DNA of 63,951 nucleotides, filler included, from Sphacelaria rigidula (Eukaryota): NCBI GenBank assembly GCA_964200075.2. It is 7 parts of 7 records of this genome, joined end to end, with 100 filler letters (N's around TTAATTAATTAA, not from the genome) between each part and the next. Parts side by side here need not be neighbours in the genome. Positions count along the whole stretch, not along the records: positions 36,605 to 45,654 come from CAXNAA020009431.1; positions 45,755 to 54,803 come from CAXNAA020009433.1; 5 more parts are not named here. One strand, 5' to 3'. The notes beneath the pieces are model-generated. The model was not told the DNA's origin. It searched no databases and saw only the letters and a list, made by a program, of their open reading frames with translations. A program made the position numbers and the translations under genes. Positions 37,585 through 50,668 of this stretch are shown here, piece after piece. The first letter of the stretch is position 1. Each line of letters begins with the position of its first letter.

Positions 37585-40500
37585 GTTCGGGTTGTGTGGG
37601 CGCGTGCCTGGACCGTCCAGATGCGGAATACGGATGCACTGTGGGCCATCTTGGCGAAGAACACGTTGGTCGGGATATTGACCGCGGCCGTGTTTTGGCA
37701 GGAAGCTGCGCTCGATCGAGGTAAATGACCGTTGAGCAGAATGCTGGTGCTGCGACTTCGGATGGCTGACACTTTCTACGATAGCCCCCCCCCCAAATCA
37801 GCCCAAAAGTGTCACGACAAACATGACCATACAGCGACTGATGTTTGGTTTCAGGCTGCATGAAGCCTCATATTGGCGACATTGCCTAGAACGAATCCAA
37901 GCGTGGGAGTTCCCAGCTGCTCGTTGTGTTCGGCTTTTCTCATTTTGATTTACGTGAAGATTTTGCTCCGCAAAACCATGCACTTTTTGGGGGAGGGCTA
38001 TCGTAGAAAGTGTCGGCTGTGTTTTTTTTTTCTGGCCGAATGATGATAATCTGTCTCTGCCTTTTCACGTCTGTGTCGTATCGTATCGTATCATGCCGTA
38101 TTGTATTGTATCGTATCTTAGCATATCGTATCAAATTGAATCGATTCGTCATTGTCATCGTCATCACCATCGTATCGTATCTTATCGTATCGTATCGTGC
38201 CGTATCGTATCGTATCGTATCGTGTCATCGTATCGTATCGTGTCTGTCTGTTTGTCTGCCTGTATCTATTTATTTCCGCTCTCTGCTGATCTGGAGCTGT
38301 ATTCGCCGCGAAATATGATCACCTGTACTCGTCTGTCTGATGTTTGTGTCTGTGTCCGGCTGTGGCTGTCTCACTGTGCCCTCTACTGCCGTTGCCTTCG
38401 TTGTGACATACCTTGCAACATGATGGAACGCGATGTATACAATATATCACATTACCATGATTATGTCATGCTAATGCTAATAGAGACTGCAGTACAGGTA
38501 AAGCCGTGCGAATTTTGACCGAAAGGATAGGCTGGCGTACCAAAAGAATGGTCGTTTCCGAGAGCTTTGCTTTTGAAACTGCCGCGCGAGACACATGGCC
38601 ACAACCTTTTTCGTGGCTTATATATACATAATACCTCGAAGAGTCGTATATGATAGAAGACCGACGAAGGGATTTGAACCCTTACACTCTCGGCGAAACT
38701 CAAGCGAAACGCAAAGTGCTCTTTCCAGTTGAGCTATGTCGGTCGCGTTGAGTGTACAGGACAGAGCTCGAGTGAGCTGGACAGACAGAGTGGAGGTGGA
38801 GAGAAGAAGAGTAGTTGCGATTGTGAGATGAGGTGGGGATGGTCTGCTATTTATCCATGCAGCTCATCTTAGACAAGAGGACATGGATCAAGGGACCATG
38901 TAGCAGCAGACATTGGCCTGGAGTTCAGTTCAACGGGTAGATTACCTTGGGTTTGGTGTGTACAACGTTCGATGACTCTTGGGCATATTCGGTATGATAT
39001 TGTCCCGATATTCCGAGAGAATTAGACCATCCTCCAAAGATCTAGCGGACGTCTGCGGAATCTTCATTAGTGCCAGAACTTCCCCACGAAAAAACCCATT
39101 AAAAGGTTCTTGGACAGAACTACAAGGTATGTTGGGTTCTCACAAGTGTGATTCACACCTCTCAGTGTTTATTTTGAAACATGCTTCTGTGGTTTTTACT
39201 GTATACACGTTTTTTTTTTCTTGTCTACCGTGCTTTTTTGTGTTGCCGTCGTCGTTGTTTGTTGTTCATTATTTTCACGTTCATTTACGATCGCAATCGC
39301 AATTTCCTCCGCTCAAGCGATCTGCGCGTTTTTTTACCATCCATTCACTGTTGATGCTACTCGTCTTTTTATTTTTTTCTTCTTCTTTTCTTCGCGATAA
39401 TATAGTTGCGATTTTGATTTTTAGCAAATTGTCGTATTAGGTGCGTCTGACAAAAAAAGATGGCCCCCACAGTGAGTACTATAGGTTTCAGTGCGCACTG
39501 AACATAATGCTTTGTCCAGTACAACCGAAACACGCATACCGGTATACTCGTGCGATGGATGAAGATCGCTGTGCTCTGTTTTTTGGTCGGGGTGCAAACT
39601 GTACCCGCGTCTTTTTCACCGCTTCTTCCTCTTTTTCCCCGACACCAAGGCAAAGCTGCCTCAAAACAATCACTGCAGGCAAAAGGCGCCCAATCAAATT
39701 GATGATGCCTTTTTCCCCGACGTTTTTTTCATTATTTTTTCACGCGCTCTATCTACCTGCCTACTTTTTTCATTCACCCCGCCTCGTACCTTTATAATCC
39801 CTTGTTATTTCCCCCCCGTTTTTTTTTGTTTTATTTTCTGATATCAGACGAGCAACTGATCGATCCGTTAACCGGTGACGTCACCCCCGCAGCGTCCAAT
39901 GTATTGGCCCTCCTCTACTTCGCCGTTCTCTATGGGCTCACAGGACACATGCAGGTACAGTTAGTCGGAAGCAGGTTTCCCGGAAACGGTCGGGAACAAT
40001 TTGTTTTTGGCTCTCCCCCACAGGTACAACGGTATATATATATATATATATACTCGGGAAAAGGTACAGTGGATCCCACTGGGTGCACGAGCGAGGACAC
40101 AGCTCAGCTGATAGTGTGGTACGATTCTAGATCAAGCTCAATACACAAGCGATAGTTTTGTGTGATTTGCACACCCTGGACAGAAGATTCTGTTGTCGGA
40201 AAATGTACTGCGTACAGCATGGAATCTATTGTCTGTTTCAATAGGCGCAATAGTCGATCCTGTACGCAGTACACTTTTTTTATTGTTTGATCTTTTGTTC
40301 AGGGTATGGTGATGTGCATGAGCTGGCTGACGGTGCGTCTTTTACGACCCTTGCAGGCACATGGTTGCAAGGGGGGTTTGGGTGGGCTCGACCCCCCACA
40401 TTCACCGCCTTGAGCAAAGCTTTACGAACGCCCGAGGCGCCTACCCCACATCACCGCCGCGTGGCGGCCTTGCCGAGCCTCTGGGTAATCGGCACATGAA

Positions 40501-43500
40501 CACGCTTGCGGGGGGGGGGGTATATGTTGGGTGAGGTTTCCTCTTTTTCTTCAAGGGGAAAAAAAAAAATGGTTGCGTATGCACACGATATTTTTGCACA
40601 TGATTGGCTATTGTACACCCACCTTGATGTCCGATGTGGAGGCGGTAGGTCCGGTGGCGGTCGATATTTTCCACACCCTGGACAATAGATTCTATTGTAC
40701 AAAAATGTACTGCGTGTAGTATGGAATCTATTGTCTACTGCAATAGGCGCAATAGTCGATACTGTACGCAGTACAATTTTTGACTGTGTATTCTTTTGTC
40801 CAGGGTATTATATTTTTCCCCGCACGAGGCAAGCGCATGCTTTGTTCGAGGCAGCTTCGCGCGGATTCGGCGTCCAAGACTCATGGTTGAGACACGCTTG
40901 TTCACGTTGAACCCCATCCCCACCCCGGACCCAAGGCACCCGGAGAATCCTTGGGCAAGGGTAGTGCGTAGGGTGCCTCTCAAGGCAAGATGTGCGTTGA
41001 CAGAGCTCGAATCGGTGCCGCAGAATGCGTGCTGCTCACTCTGGGGAGCGCTCAAACGGTTAGTCCCCCGAAGAATCCGGATCTCTGTCTCTACACTGAA
41101 ATCAAGTGTGCGTGTTAGCCGTGGGTTGTCGGCCAGGAACTTGTGTACAGTCTGCCAATCGTGTTTTTTTTAGAGTGAAGTCGGCGCACGCGTCTTCTTT
41201 TTAATTTCGTTATTGGTCATGATTTATTTGCGGGAGCGTGTGCTACCGGGTGTAACATGGGTGCTACGCGCAGTACAGCACACAACGCAGTTCGACTTTT
41301 CCCACAAGATAAGGCTCCGCCTGTCGTCAAATCTTGTTGACCGAAATATCTCGCCGAGATGTTTATTCCGAAGACACCACTCTCGGCAGCTGCAGTTTCA
41401 TGAGAAGACCGAAGTTGAGCTCCTTACCGCCCTCCGTGCCTGCGGTGCTCAACATATTGAAGGTAGATAGGGATGCTGCTGACACAGCAACACCTTACCC
41501 CGAGTTGCAGAAAAAACATGCTGGTCACTACCGCCGGAGTACCTGCATGCAGCAACTTCGTTGAAATCGAAACTCATGCGGGGTAAAAATGCGGCGTAAA
41601 AAATGTATTTGCTTCCGCTTCAGCTTCGGTTGGCCAACTTCCAAGTTCCATGTCACGCTTCGTCGCGGTTAGAATAGGGCTATTTTCGCATCTCGTCGCT
41701 GTGTATGTAAATATTCGCAATATAAGGACCATTTTCCAGTACTAGCAAACAGAATAGAAAAGAAAAAGCTCCTGTGTTGACCTCCCACCTGTGTGACGCC
41801 GGCTGGTGCGACCACATATACCGAAAAGTGTAGACCGGCGCCCAGAATAGATGGGACGACAACACACACACACACACACACACACAGCACGGGCAGTAAC
41901 AGCAGTGTAAACCAACATTTATTCTTATCCACGCACTGATTATAGTATGACGCTAGAAATCACCTGCGACTCGAAATCATGAAGTCCACCGATTTCGTGT
42001 TGCTGTCTCGCCGAGCTCCCACGCTCCCACATATATTGCATAGTTTTTGGCCAGGGAGATGTTCAACGCGAGTTTTGTTGTCGGATAGTCCATGGCTTGA
42101 CGAAACACTCTGGAGCTGGTCTGAGCTCGAACCTGAACCCTAGCTCCAGCTATAAAGCCAAGACAAATTGACAACGTCGTATAGCTGCAGCTAGGGTTAA
42201 GGTTCTAGCTTTCACCAGCTCCAGAGTGGTTCGTTTATCAACGTTTTTATTGCAGCGGCAGCTAGGGTTAGGGTTCGAGTTTTCACCAGCTCCAGAGTGG
42301 TTCGTCAAGCCATGGACTATCCGACAACGAAACTCGCGTAAAATATCTCCCTGGGCAAACATTGTGCAATATATTAGGTAGCGGGGGAACTCGGCGAGGC
42401 AGTAAAACGAGATCGGTGATTTCATGATTTCGAGTTGCAGGTGATTTATGACAACCCTTGCGCAAGGGGGGATTTAAGGGAACCCCAGACTAAGCGTGCG
42501 TTGGCAGAGCTCAAGTACGTGCCCGGTGGAACTTCCTTGAGCGACGACGTGTGCCTCCGCACGCTGGAGACCGCATCGGGATTGTCAAGCCCCCAAAGAT
42601 CCGAATCTCAGTGTCCACGCTGGGAACAAGTACAAAAATCATGGGTACATGTATGCTTCGAACTATATACATATTCGGGTTGGATATCGTATCGAAAGTT
42701 TCGATATATCGTATCGAAATATCGTCATCGTTATCGTATCGAAAACATTTCGATTAACCGAGAAAACGTGCGGTGTGAATATTGGGTGTTGTCGAGTCTG
42801 GACACGTTTTCTTCCAGGCTGGAAGACCTTGGTTAGGTCTATTTCGATGAGAAATAGAAATAAAGCAATATATCCCAATTTTCTTGCCTCCGGCGGCGCC
42901 TCCCGCGGGACCCCTCACGAGCCGGATGTGTGTGTGTGTGTGTACTCATTTGTTGCTTGCCTTAGTCGTTTGACCTCACGAGCCGGGGGGGGGGGGGATA
43001 GGGGCATTTGAGGCTCGTACAGCGAGCGGACTCGCTGCGCGCGCCTCCGTTTGGCTTCGCCGATATTTATCGAAGTTTATCGTTATCGAGCGCTGAAAAA
43101 GTCGATATCGTATCAAAGTGCTAAATGGTTAGATATCCAACACTTGTACATGTGTATATTTCAATGACGAACTCGGGTAAATTCTACTCTGAAATATGTT
43201 CCTTTTTACCCTCCGGCTTTAGCGCCTTTTGCGCGAGAGAGTGCCTCATGTTCCATAATGGGGGAAAACAATGTACACGAACAACCCCGTGATATTTTTG
43301 TTCTCAAGACGCATTATTTTTTTTTAGTGCTTTCTGTTGGTGGTGGTTTTTGCAGTTTTTTGCTTTCGTTTTTCGTTTTCCTCTTTTTCTTTTTGTGTAT
43401 TCATTGGCGTGTCCAAAAAACATATATATATATATAGTGCTATTATACTACTATAATGAATATGATGACCCTTGACCTTCCTTGACCACGAAAAAATTGA

Positions 43501-43744
43501 GATCTCCCGTGCAGGAGCATTCATACGTTGGAATAATGTCACAGACGTTGGCGTTGGACTCGTCACGTCCCGTTGGTCATACTGGTACAGACAGTGATAA
43601 CATATTTTTTCTGTTTTACGTCGTTGGAAGCGCGAGGACGTAAGTCAACAACAGCGCAAAACCAAGGTTGCACGGGTCGGACGCGGACGAATCAATGATT
43701 CGTCTGGAAATCCCTTGATTTTAGTGTGATTGATCATGAGTACG

Positions 43745-43780
<36 letters not shown>

Positions 43781-44483
43781 ACATAGAACTTCTCACCGAC
43801 TTTTTTTTTTGTCAGACACATCTTTTGCCCTTTATTAATTATGTTTGCAGCCGGGGGGNNNNNNNNNNGGGGTGGAAGGAGGAAAGAAGGGTATTTTGGA
43901 AGACCCCTCTTTTTTTTGTTGTTTTTCAGTAAGGACGCCCCCCCCCCCCCCCCCTCGTTCCCCAACCCCATGTAGTAGCATTACTCAGGCTTGATTCTGT
44001 ACGCAGTACACTTTTTGCCCATGTAATTCATTGTGATGCCCAGGGGGTGGACGTATGACGGGAAGGAGAACCCATAATGACTAACTGTCTTTGCAGTCAG
44101 AGGGATGCTTCCGAGTAGCACAGCGCCGTCGTACACAGCAGTTGGGGCCTGACGTTAGCTCGTGCAGAGCGCTCATGTATTCGTACTGTAGCAAGAGTAA
44201 AAAACTTGACGGGAGGGAGGGCAGTCAGGAAAGGGTATCATGACAGTAATTTCATGAATTATGCCGTCCGTTTCAAGTATCAGACGCGAGCACACATACA
44301 CACGTATGCATCGAAACGCTTTTTGACAATTACAAAGCTGGATCTTTGTACTAATCGTTTTTTGTGCGCTTGTTTTCTGTGTTCGTGTCATGTCTGCAGG
44401 CCATCCCAGAGATGTTCCAATCCAAGCGCCACTTCCAGCGCGAGCGTGCAGCGGGAACCTACTCCACCACGGTGTACTGGCTG
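37585..44483 (+). CDS. ABCG transporter, partial (ABC-2 membrane domain); exons 37585-37720, 39848-39954, 44400-44483
   Basis: Spliced product VRVVWARAWTVQMRN...LVGILTAAVFWQ...LALLYFAVLYGLTGHMQ-AIPEMFQSKRHFQRERAAGTYSTTVYWL; F.RER..G.Y signature; intron phases 1 and 0 consistent. Confidence 0.88.
37768..38014. mobile_element. MITE family A (Sola-like), intact
   Basis: TIR GACACTTTCTACGATAGCCC; perfect 4-bp TSD GGCT. Confidence 0.9.
38076..38260. repeat. (TATCG)n degenerate microsatellite
   Basis: Direct observation. Confidence 0.85.
38659..38744 (-). ncRNA. tRNA-like element with atypical anticodon arm (pseudo-tRNA, intron-containing tRNA or SINE head)
   Basis: GACCGAC/GTCGGTC terminal stem, D arm GCTC-AACTGGAAA-GAGC, T arm AAGGG-TTCAAAT-CCCTT. 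Confidence 0.65.
41755..41885 (+). mobile_element. tRNA-Arg SINE 3' fragment with (AC)n tail
   Basis: cagaatagatgggacgacaac followed by (ac)n. Confidence 0.8.
41957..42447. mobile_element. ~490-bp foldback element (~200-bp arms) in the ABCG intron
   Basis: aaatcacctgc.actcgaaatcatgaa...gttgtcggatagtccatggcttgacgaa.cactctggagctggt and its reverse complement. Confidence 0.9.
42678..43142. mobile_element. MITE-like element with GTTGGATATC TIRs and tatcg-rich subterminal repeats
   Basis: gttggatatc...gatatccaac. Confidence 0.55.
42926..42973 (-). mobile_element. 48-bp 5'-truncated LINE insertion with 13-bp TSD
   Basis: CCTCACGAGCCGG at 42913-42925 and 42974-42986 flanks the LINE end and its (CA)n tail. 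Confidence 0.92.
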
Positions 44484-44569
44484 GTGAGGGCGAAATAATA
44501 GCTAGTGCATTCTGTTCAATGTAGGGAGGCGTGTCCCTGAAGGGGGGGACCAGGGGCGGACCGAGGGGG

Positions 44570-44720
44570 AGGCGGAGACACTCATGATTCTGCATGCCGT
44601 AGTTATAAGACCATTGACCTCGCATCCCCACACAGCCGGGATGGAGTACGCCGGGTTTTCGCCGGACCAGGCTCGCAGTCAATCACCAAGCGCGAAGCGC
44701 CGTGATGTGTTCGGCGAGTC
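44570..44720 (-). mobile_element. LINE 3' fragment (second variant)
   Basis: Reverse complement reads gcgaggtcaatggtcttataactacggcatgcagaatcatgagt. Confidence 0.7.
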
Positions 44721-45654
44721 GCACGAAGGATGAGCAGCATCCTGCTAATATTGTTCGGTCCGAAGCGTACTGGTGGTCTTACGTATGAATAGCACCCTTG
44801 AATGAGTTGCTTCATGTTCTAGTATCGCTTCTTCCAGAGACAGCCACGGGTTATCTCATGGGTGTCACACCACATGAACACTGCGCATAAATAGTACGCT
44901 CATCCCCTTGCGCGAAGGTAAGGTTTTGTTCATCCCGCACAGTGTAATCTAACTCGATCATCATCATGGCCACCGCGGAAAACACGAGCAAAAATAACCC
45001 GGCATCCTGGTTGCCCCTTACAGCTCACGCAGTGATTGGCGTATTTCACAGCGTCGTTGCTAGTCGATGCCAACCCTCAGAGGCGCGAGAGAGGTCGGAG
45101 ACCGGGGAGAATAAGGGATCCTTTCTCACAAGTTTTGGAGGAGAGGAGACGCGTTTCAGGTTGTGGCTAGTAAGTGAAGACGTTGACGGTCTGGTCGTTT
45201 TTCCATGATGCTTCTACACCCTGAAGAAATAAATCATCGTTTTTTTTTTTGCGTCAAGAGCAGATTTTTGTCGTCAAGATCGACGAAAAAGAACCGCTGT
45301 TTGATCGCACAGAACGTTCGTTGAGAAAAATATGGCAACGGGGAGATACGTCGTAAAAGCTGCACCGACGGTTGGAAGTCTCTCTCACGAAACGATACCT
45401 GTGGACATAAGGTGCTGCTCTAATTCGCAGTTGATGAAACACGCCGCGAAGCCTCGATTCATTAAAATGCGCACATCAATCACACTGCAGATCGCAGTAG
45501 GTCTGTCTCATTAACGAGGCAATTCGTTCAGGTTTCTGTTCTCTACTTCTTCCAAAACGTTTTTTTTTTTTTTTTGAACCCAGTGCCCCAATATCAAACG
45601 GGGTAAAAAAGTCCTGGTAAAAATTTAAAAGGCAACCGCTAGAAAGGATACAAA

Positions 45655-45754
45655 NNNNNNNNNNNNNNNNNNNNNNNNNNNNNNNNNNNNNNNNNNNNTT
45701 AATTAATTAANNNNNNNNNNNNNNNNNNNNNNNNNNNNNNNNNNNNNNNNNNNN
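45655..45754. other. Artificial scaffold spacer
   Basis: Same 100-nt linker. Confidence 0.98.
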
Positions 45755-45842
45755 ACAAGTCAGCGCTGACTTGTCAGTAGTCTAGTTGGTTGTCTCTTAA
45801 ACCGTCACAGTGCATTTCACAACAAAAATCATAGTGACGCAC

Positions 45843-46107
45843 CTGGATACTCCTTTGCCAGTTCGCGAAAGTCGGGTCGGTAGTGTCGATACAGGTTGGC
45901 GTCATGCATGCTCCCCGCCGTGTGTCGGTGGATCTTCCACGGCCTCTTTCCCCTGCCCGACGGCGGAGACACCGACCCGCCGTCGCCATCGAGGGCGCCC
46001 CCCATATGGTTATCATCTTCGTTCATGCCATCGCTCATCAGGGATTCGTCGTAGTCGTCGCTGTTGACCCTGGCTTTCTTGGCTCTTGGAGCTTCTACTT
46101 TTATCAT
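45843..46107 (-). CDS. METTL16: METTL16/RlmF-family RNA N6-adenosine methyltransferase, N-terminal exon; remainder beyond the scaffold end
   Basis: MHDANLYRHYRPDFRELAKEYP resembles the MHPRN.Y...PDF..LA..YP start of METTL16; gtgcgt donor follows. Confidence 0.8.
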
Positions 46108-47509
46108 GTCAAAAAAGCAAGGGGTGGATTTGGGGGGGCAGGAAACAGTTGAAAAATATGATTCTTGCTACTGTACACAGTGATTTGAAAACCGTTACGT
46201 AGCTCAATGTGTACTATGCAGAAAAAGTCACGTTTGTCGCAGTTTTCGCGGGATGTGCACCAGATGCACAGGTCAGCAATCTCCATACTTGGTGCTCTGG
46301 TGAAGAACATGGCGTCCTAGACATGCGAGGAGCCGTTCAGCACAGTGTTGCAGACCTAGTGACAAGCTCATCATTAAAAAGGGACCTGCGCCTTTTGTCA
46401 CACGAGCAGCGCGGGGTAACAGAATGAATACGCATACAGCAGGAGGTAGTGCAGTGTACACAGCGAGCGTGCACTGCCCACACCGCGTTTTCTGCTGCCG
46501 TGCGCGTCATGTTCGAGCTATTTCGCACCGGTTCCTTATTTCGTCCAACATGGTCTCCTTGACTGCCAGCTTTTCCTTCGGAATAAAATCGCCGGCTGCT
46601 AGTCGAGAGTCAAGAAGTTTTCATCGGGGGTAGTCCCAAATCATCGGTGGAAGCTTCCCAGATCAACCATGTGCGCTTCCAGGAAACTTCTGGGTCGGGC
46701 AGCAAGCCTGAAGGGAGGGAAGTCACTATCGTGAGTTTTTGCTTTGGTCGAAAAAGTCATCCTGTTCCCCTGCAAATCGCCCAATATCGCTCAACTGGCG
46801 CAAAAGCAACATTTGACCATTTCTGCAACAACCACTCAACCATTTGAAGCACACAAAAGGGAATACCCGTCTTTGCCCCGTCTTGGCGATCTGTCTGCCC
46901 CTTCTGTATTACCACGGGCTGGATTGTTGCAATCAGCGAATGTAAGATAACTAATAAATCAATCAACACTGCTGTTGTGGAACATCAAGCACTGGTAGAC
47001 ACAGCGTCGACTGGTTACAGCCGTGAGCGATGACACGCTCGTTGTTTGTTGCTGCTTGAGACAGCCGCCGCCGAAGAGAAATTGTATGCACAGTACAGCA
47101 GCAGTACGTACATTCGAGACTACGCTATGTAGTGCAACATGAAAACGTGCTCGAGGTGTAGCACGACTGCTCAGAAAGTACCAAAACAGCGAAAGCGTAG
47201 GCCGACAACATGTTTGCATATACCGCAGCAGTAGCGGTAGTCAGGGCATTTCACTTGCACATTCTGGTCAGGTGACACATACAATGGAACATAATTCATC
47301 GGTGCAGAATCTGGCCGGGTGAGCTATACATCAGAACTCATCGGCTAGAGAGAGAGGGGCGTTGAGCTTCCTCCGTTGTTCCGAGTTCTGAGATAACTCA
47401 TACACAGGCATGAGAGACTCACTTCTGCGTTCAAAGTCCTGAGATGAGTCATATTTACCCCTTGCTTCGTGTTCTGATACACGCATGTTGATCCTCGATG
47501 GCAAGCACG

Positions 47510-47545
<36 letters not shown>

Positions 47546-50304
47546 TCCCCGACCCCCTCCCCCGCGCGCACACCCACACACCCACCCACGCACGCACTTA
47601 AACGTACTTGCACACCCACGCTTGACGCACGCAAGATGAGCAAAGAGAGCTGCAGAGGGTTGCCTTGCGTGGGACACACGGCATACATTCACGATCGTCT
47701 ACTATGGCGTCCGTCACGGGCCACGCGGATCGGCAAAGTGGGCTGGACTTCTCTCGGTGGGGTGATGCACATGTCCCAGACGTGTGATGACGATACTCTC
47801 TGTTTGGGGGCCTAAACCCGTGTCAAAATATCCAAAAAGTGGAAAATATGCATCCCTTCCCCAAATCCAACTGAGGACGGGTCTCATTACGAGGGGCACT
47901 GAAGTGATCACTTGGTCGATTGCACCGCTTGCTCTCGTTCTGCCATCTCGGCCTAATAAGACACGCTCTGAGTGCTCTTTATGCCCTGTTACTCTTTTGT
48001 AGTAGCCCCCAGCGCGAACTTTACCAAAATCTGCTAGCAGGACAGCCACCAGCTCCTCGTTTACGCATAGTATGCTCCCAAAATATGCCGTATATGGTCG
48101 AGCAGTACTCTTTATGGATGCAGCTTTTGGCAATGCAACTATCGGCGATTTTTGGTAGATGGTTTTAACAAATGCACTAGTTGGTGACACAAATGACGCG
48201 AACAGTACTCGGCATGGCGACATACCATGACTTCAACTGCCCTGGGATATGCTCCCTCCATCACCCACACCGGAACACGACTCGTACTCGTTCGATTCTC
48301 CGCCCCAACGTTTGATTTTAACCACGTTTGCTCCGTTTGCCTTCAGATGCGCACCGATGTTCACGAGGCACGGGGCGAAGCATGAGGCCAGTAATGTCGG
48401 GGATGCCGCAGGACTACAGCACATACCCACTTGAGTTTAATCATAGCTTGGTATTTTGCTCGATATTATGTATGACGCCATAGTTTCTGTTCTGAGAGCA
48501 CCGCCGGTCGATGTTTCCACGGGCGTGCATTTCTTTCGGATGCTGTATCTTGAAAAGTGGAAACGTTGGGCTACTGGAGAGACGGTGAGGGAACGGCTCC
48601 GGAGTTTCGACAGAGAAGAAACAAGCTACACTTTCGATTATTGAGGGATGGTCCTCTTCCCGGAAACGGACGAGAGACGCTCGCAATGATTTCTTCAGGG
48701 TGTGTGCTTCAAGGAGATATTCCGCGCCTTGCCAACTGCACAGTCGTATGCCACGGTTACAAAGTGGGATTCCAAGCAATGTCAGCTACTGCAGTACAGT
48801 AGCTCACGTTCAAAGTAGGATATTTGGCCATTTCTTCGTAAATGGCGATTTTCTTGGGTTCTTTCGCTTGCTATTTCTCATGACATTGGAGATCTGAAGA
48901 TACTAGTATTGGCTCCACATTCCAAGAAAAAAATAAAACAATTTGTATACAATACTGAGTGACTTGTGGACTGACCGGTCATCGGGGGTCCTGCCCCTTT
49001 TCAGCCCAAATTCTGACTATTCGGTATTTTCGGTCGATCGAGCCTGTCCCGATCGTATTTGTGAAGAAATGAAAAGGTCCGTTTTTTCATTCTACCCACT
49101 CACGGCACTAGAGCCAAAAAACTGTGTTTCACAGTCAATAACACCCTCCTGATACACGGGATATCTACTCGTATCGTCCGATAACAATATGTGACGCTAA
49201 CTTGGGCACTGTGTTTTGAGATTGGTCTGTTTATTGTACCAAAATCTACGGAAGCTAGCACATCCGAGTTCTATCGAAGAGCAGTACGCGAGAAAACCCC
49301 CGAAACAACCCGTGCCACTTTGAACGTGAGGTACTATGATCGAAACCCGCCGCTGAAGGAAATGAGAGTAGGCTCATAGGGCATACCGCTGTGCCCCATG
49401 CTTGTAAGTCGCAAGCAATGATGTATATTGCGCAGGAACGCAGCTCTCGAAAGCATTCACACGGCGACACGGCAGAAAAACTGACTCGTGACGTTGTCGC
49501 ATCGATGGAAGACTCGTGATCAGACGCCTCTCTTGCAGGTAAGTGACCGCGAACCCTCGTGCGGGCACCTGCCGCCTCTTCGTATTATTTTGTGCAGTAA
49601 ACCTTCGCCGGCGCGACGCGCGCAGAAAGTGAGAAATTTAAACTTAGTCGCTGTCGAAAATGACATGAAGACATCGAAGCACACCCACAACTGTACGTCC
49701 TAAGCGATATGTACGGTACCTCTGACCTCTGTTTGCATTGAACGTCGTTCTCCACTTCTCGGCTCCACCGGTACCATGCTGCCGAAGAGGTCCACATATG
49801 ACACCCACCCATGATGCATCCGTACGTGGGATATGCGGCGTAATCGTTTCTAGTGTATCTTGACATGGTTGACGCCATTTCCCACATTTTGTCACCAAAC
49901 TCAGCACGTGTAAATTTCCACCGTGGCTGCATAATCCCTCGTGAAACTTAGCGCGTCAATTCAACACTACACGAACAGCAAGTGCACCAACCGGTGGCAC
50001 GTTTGGGCAATCTCACGAAAGCAGCACAGCGATTTGAGATTTCGGGAATACCATCGAAACGACATCAAAGTGGCTTTCCCGCCAATCAAACTTCGTTCAC
50101 CGCAAGGGGATGTGTATCTGGGCATGCTAGTGCAATAGATTCCACATATACAGCTGTGCGTCTCGTAAGCTGGCAAAAAACGTCGATCTGTACTGGAACA
50201 TAATAGGTAGTGCCACAACTTGATAACTCGGCAGTTGAGAACTCGAGCGCAAAAGTTTTCAAATAGAGAACTTGACAAACTGTGAGACCTCAACAAGAGC
50301 CTCA

Positions 50305-50668
50305 CACTGTGTTGTTGTCTCATCTATTCTAGACGCCGGTCTACACCTTTCGGTATATGTGGGCGCACCAGCCGGGGTCACACAGGAGAAAGGCCAACAC
50401 AGGAGTGTTTTTTCTTCGTTGTTCGTTGTAGTTCTCCACCTTCCTCCTGCGGTGCTTGCCTTACAGTTTTTTTTATCGGAAGAGGGGCTCAGCAGTCCCT
50501 TTCCCTCGTCGACCGCGAAGTCGAATTTTGTGTACCCAGGGCATAGTCGCTCGCCACTGTTGTTGGGCATTGTGTGAGAAAAAATCCCAGATCGCTCCCA
50601 GATTCGAACCCACGACCCAATCGTCAGAAGGTCTCGAGGTTACCGACCGAGGCACCGGGGCGACCGAC
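50305..50668 (-). mobile_element. Full-length tRNA-Arg(TCT) SINE (~360 bp)
   Basis: A and B boxes, body and acaacaacac tail. Confidence 0.88.
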
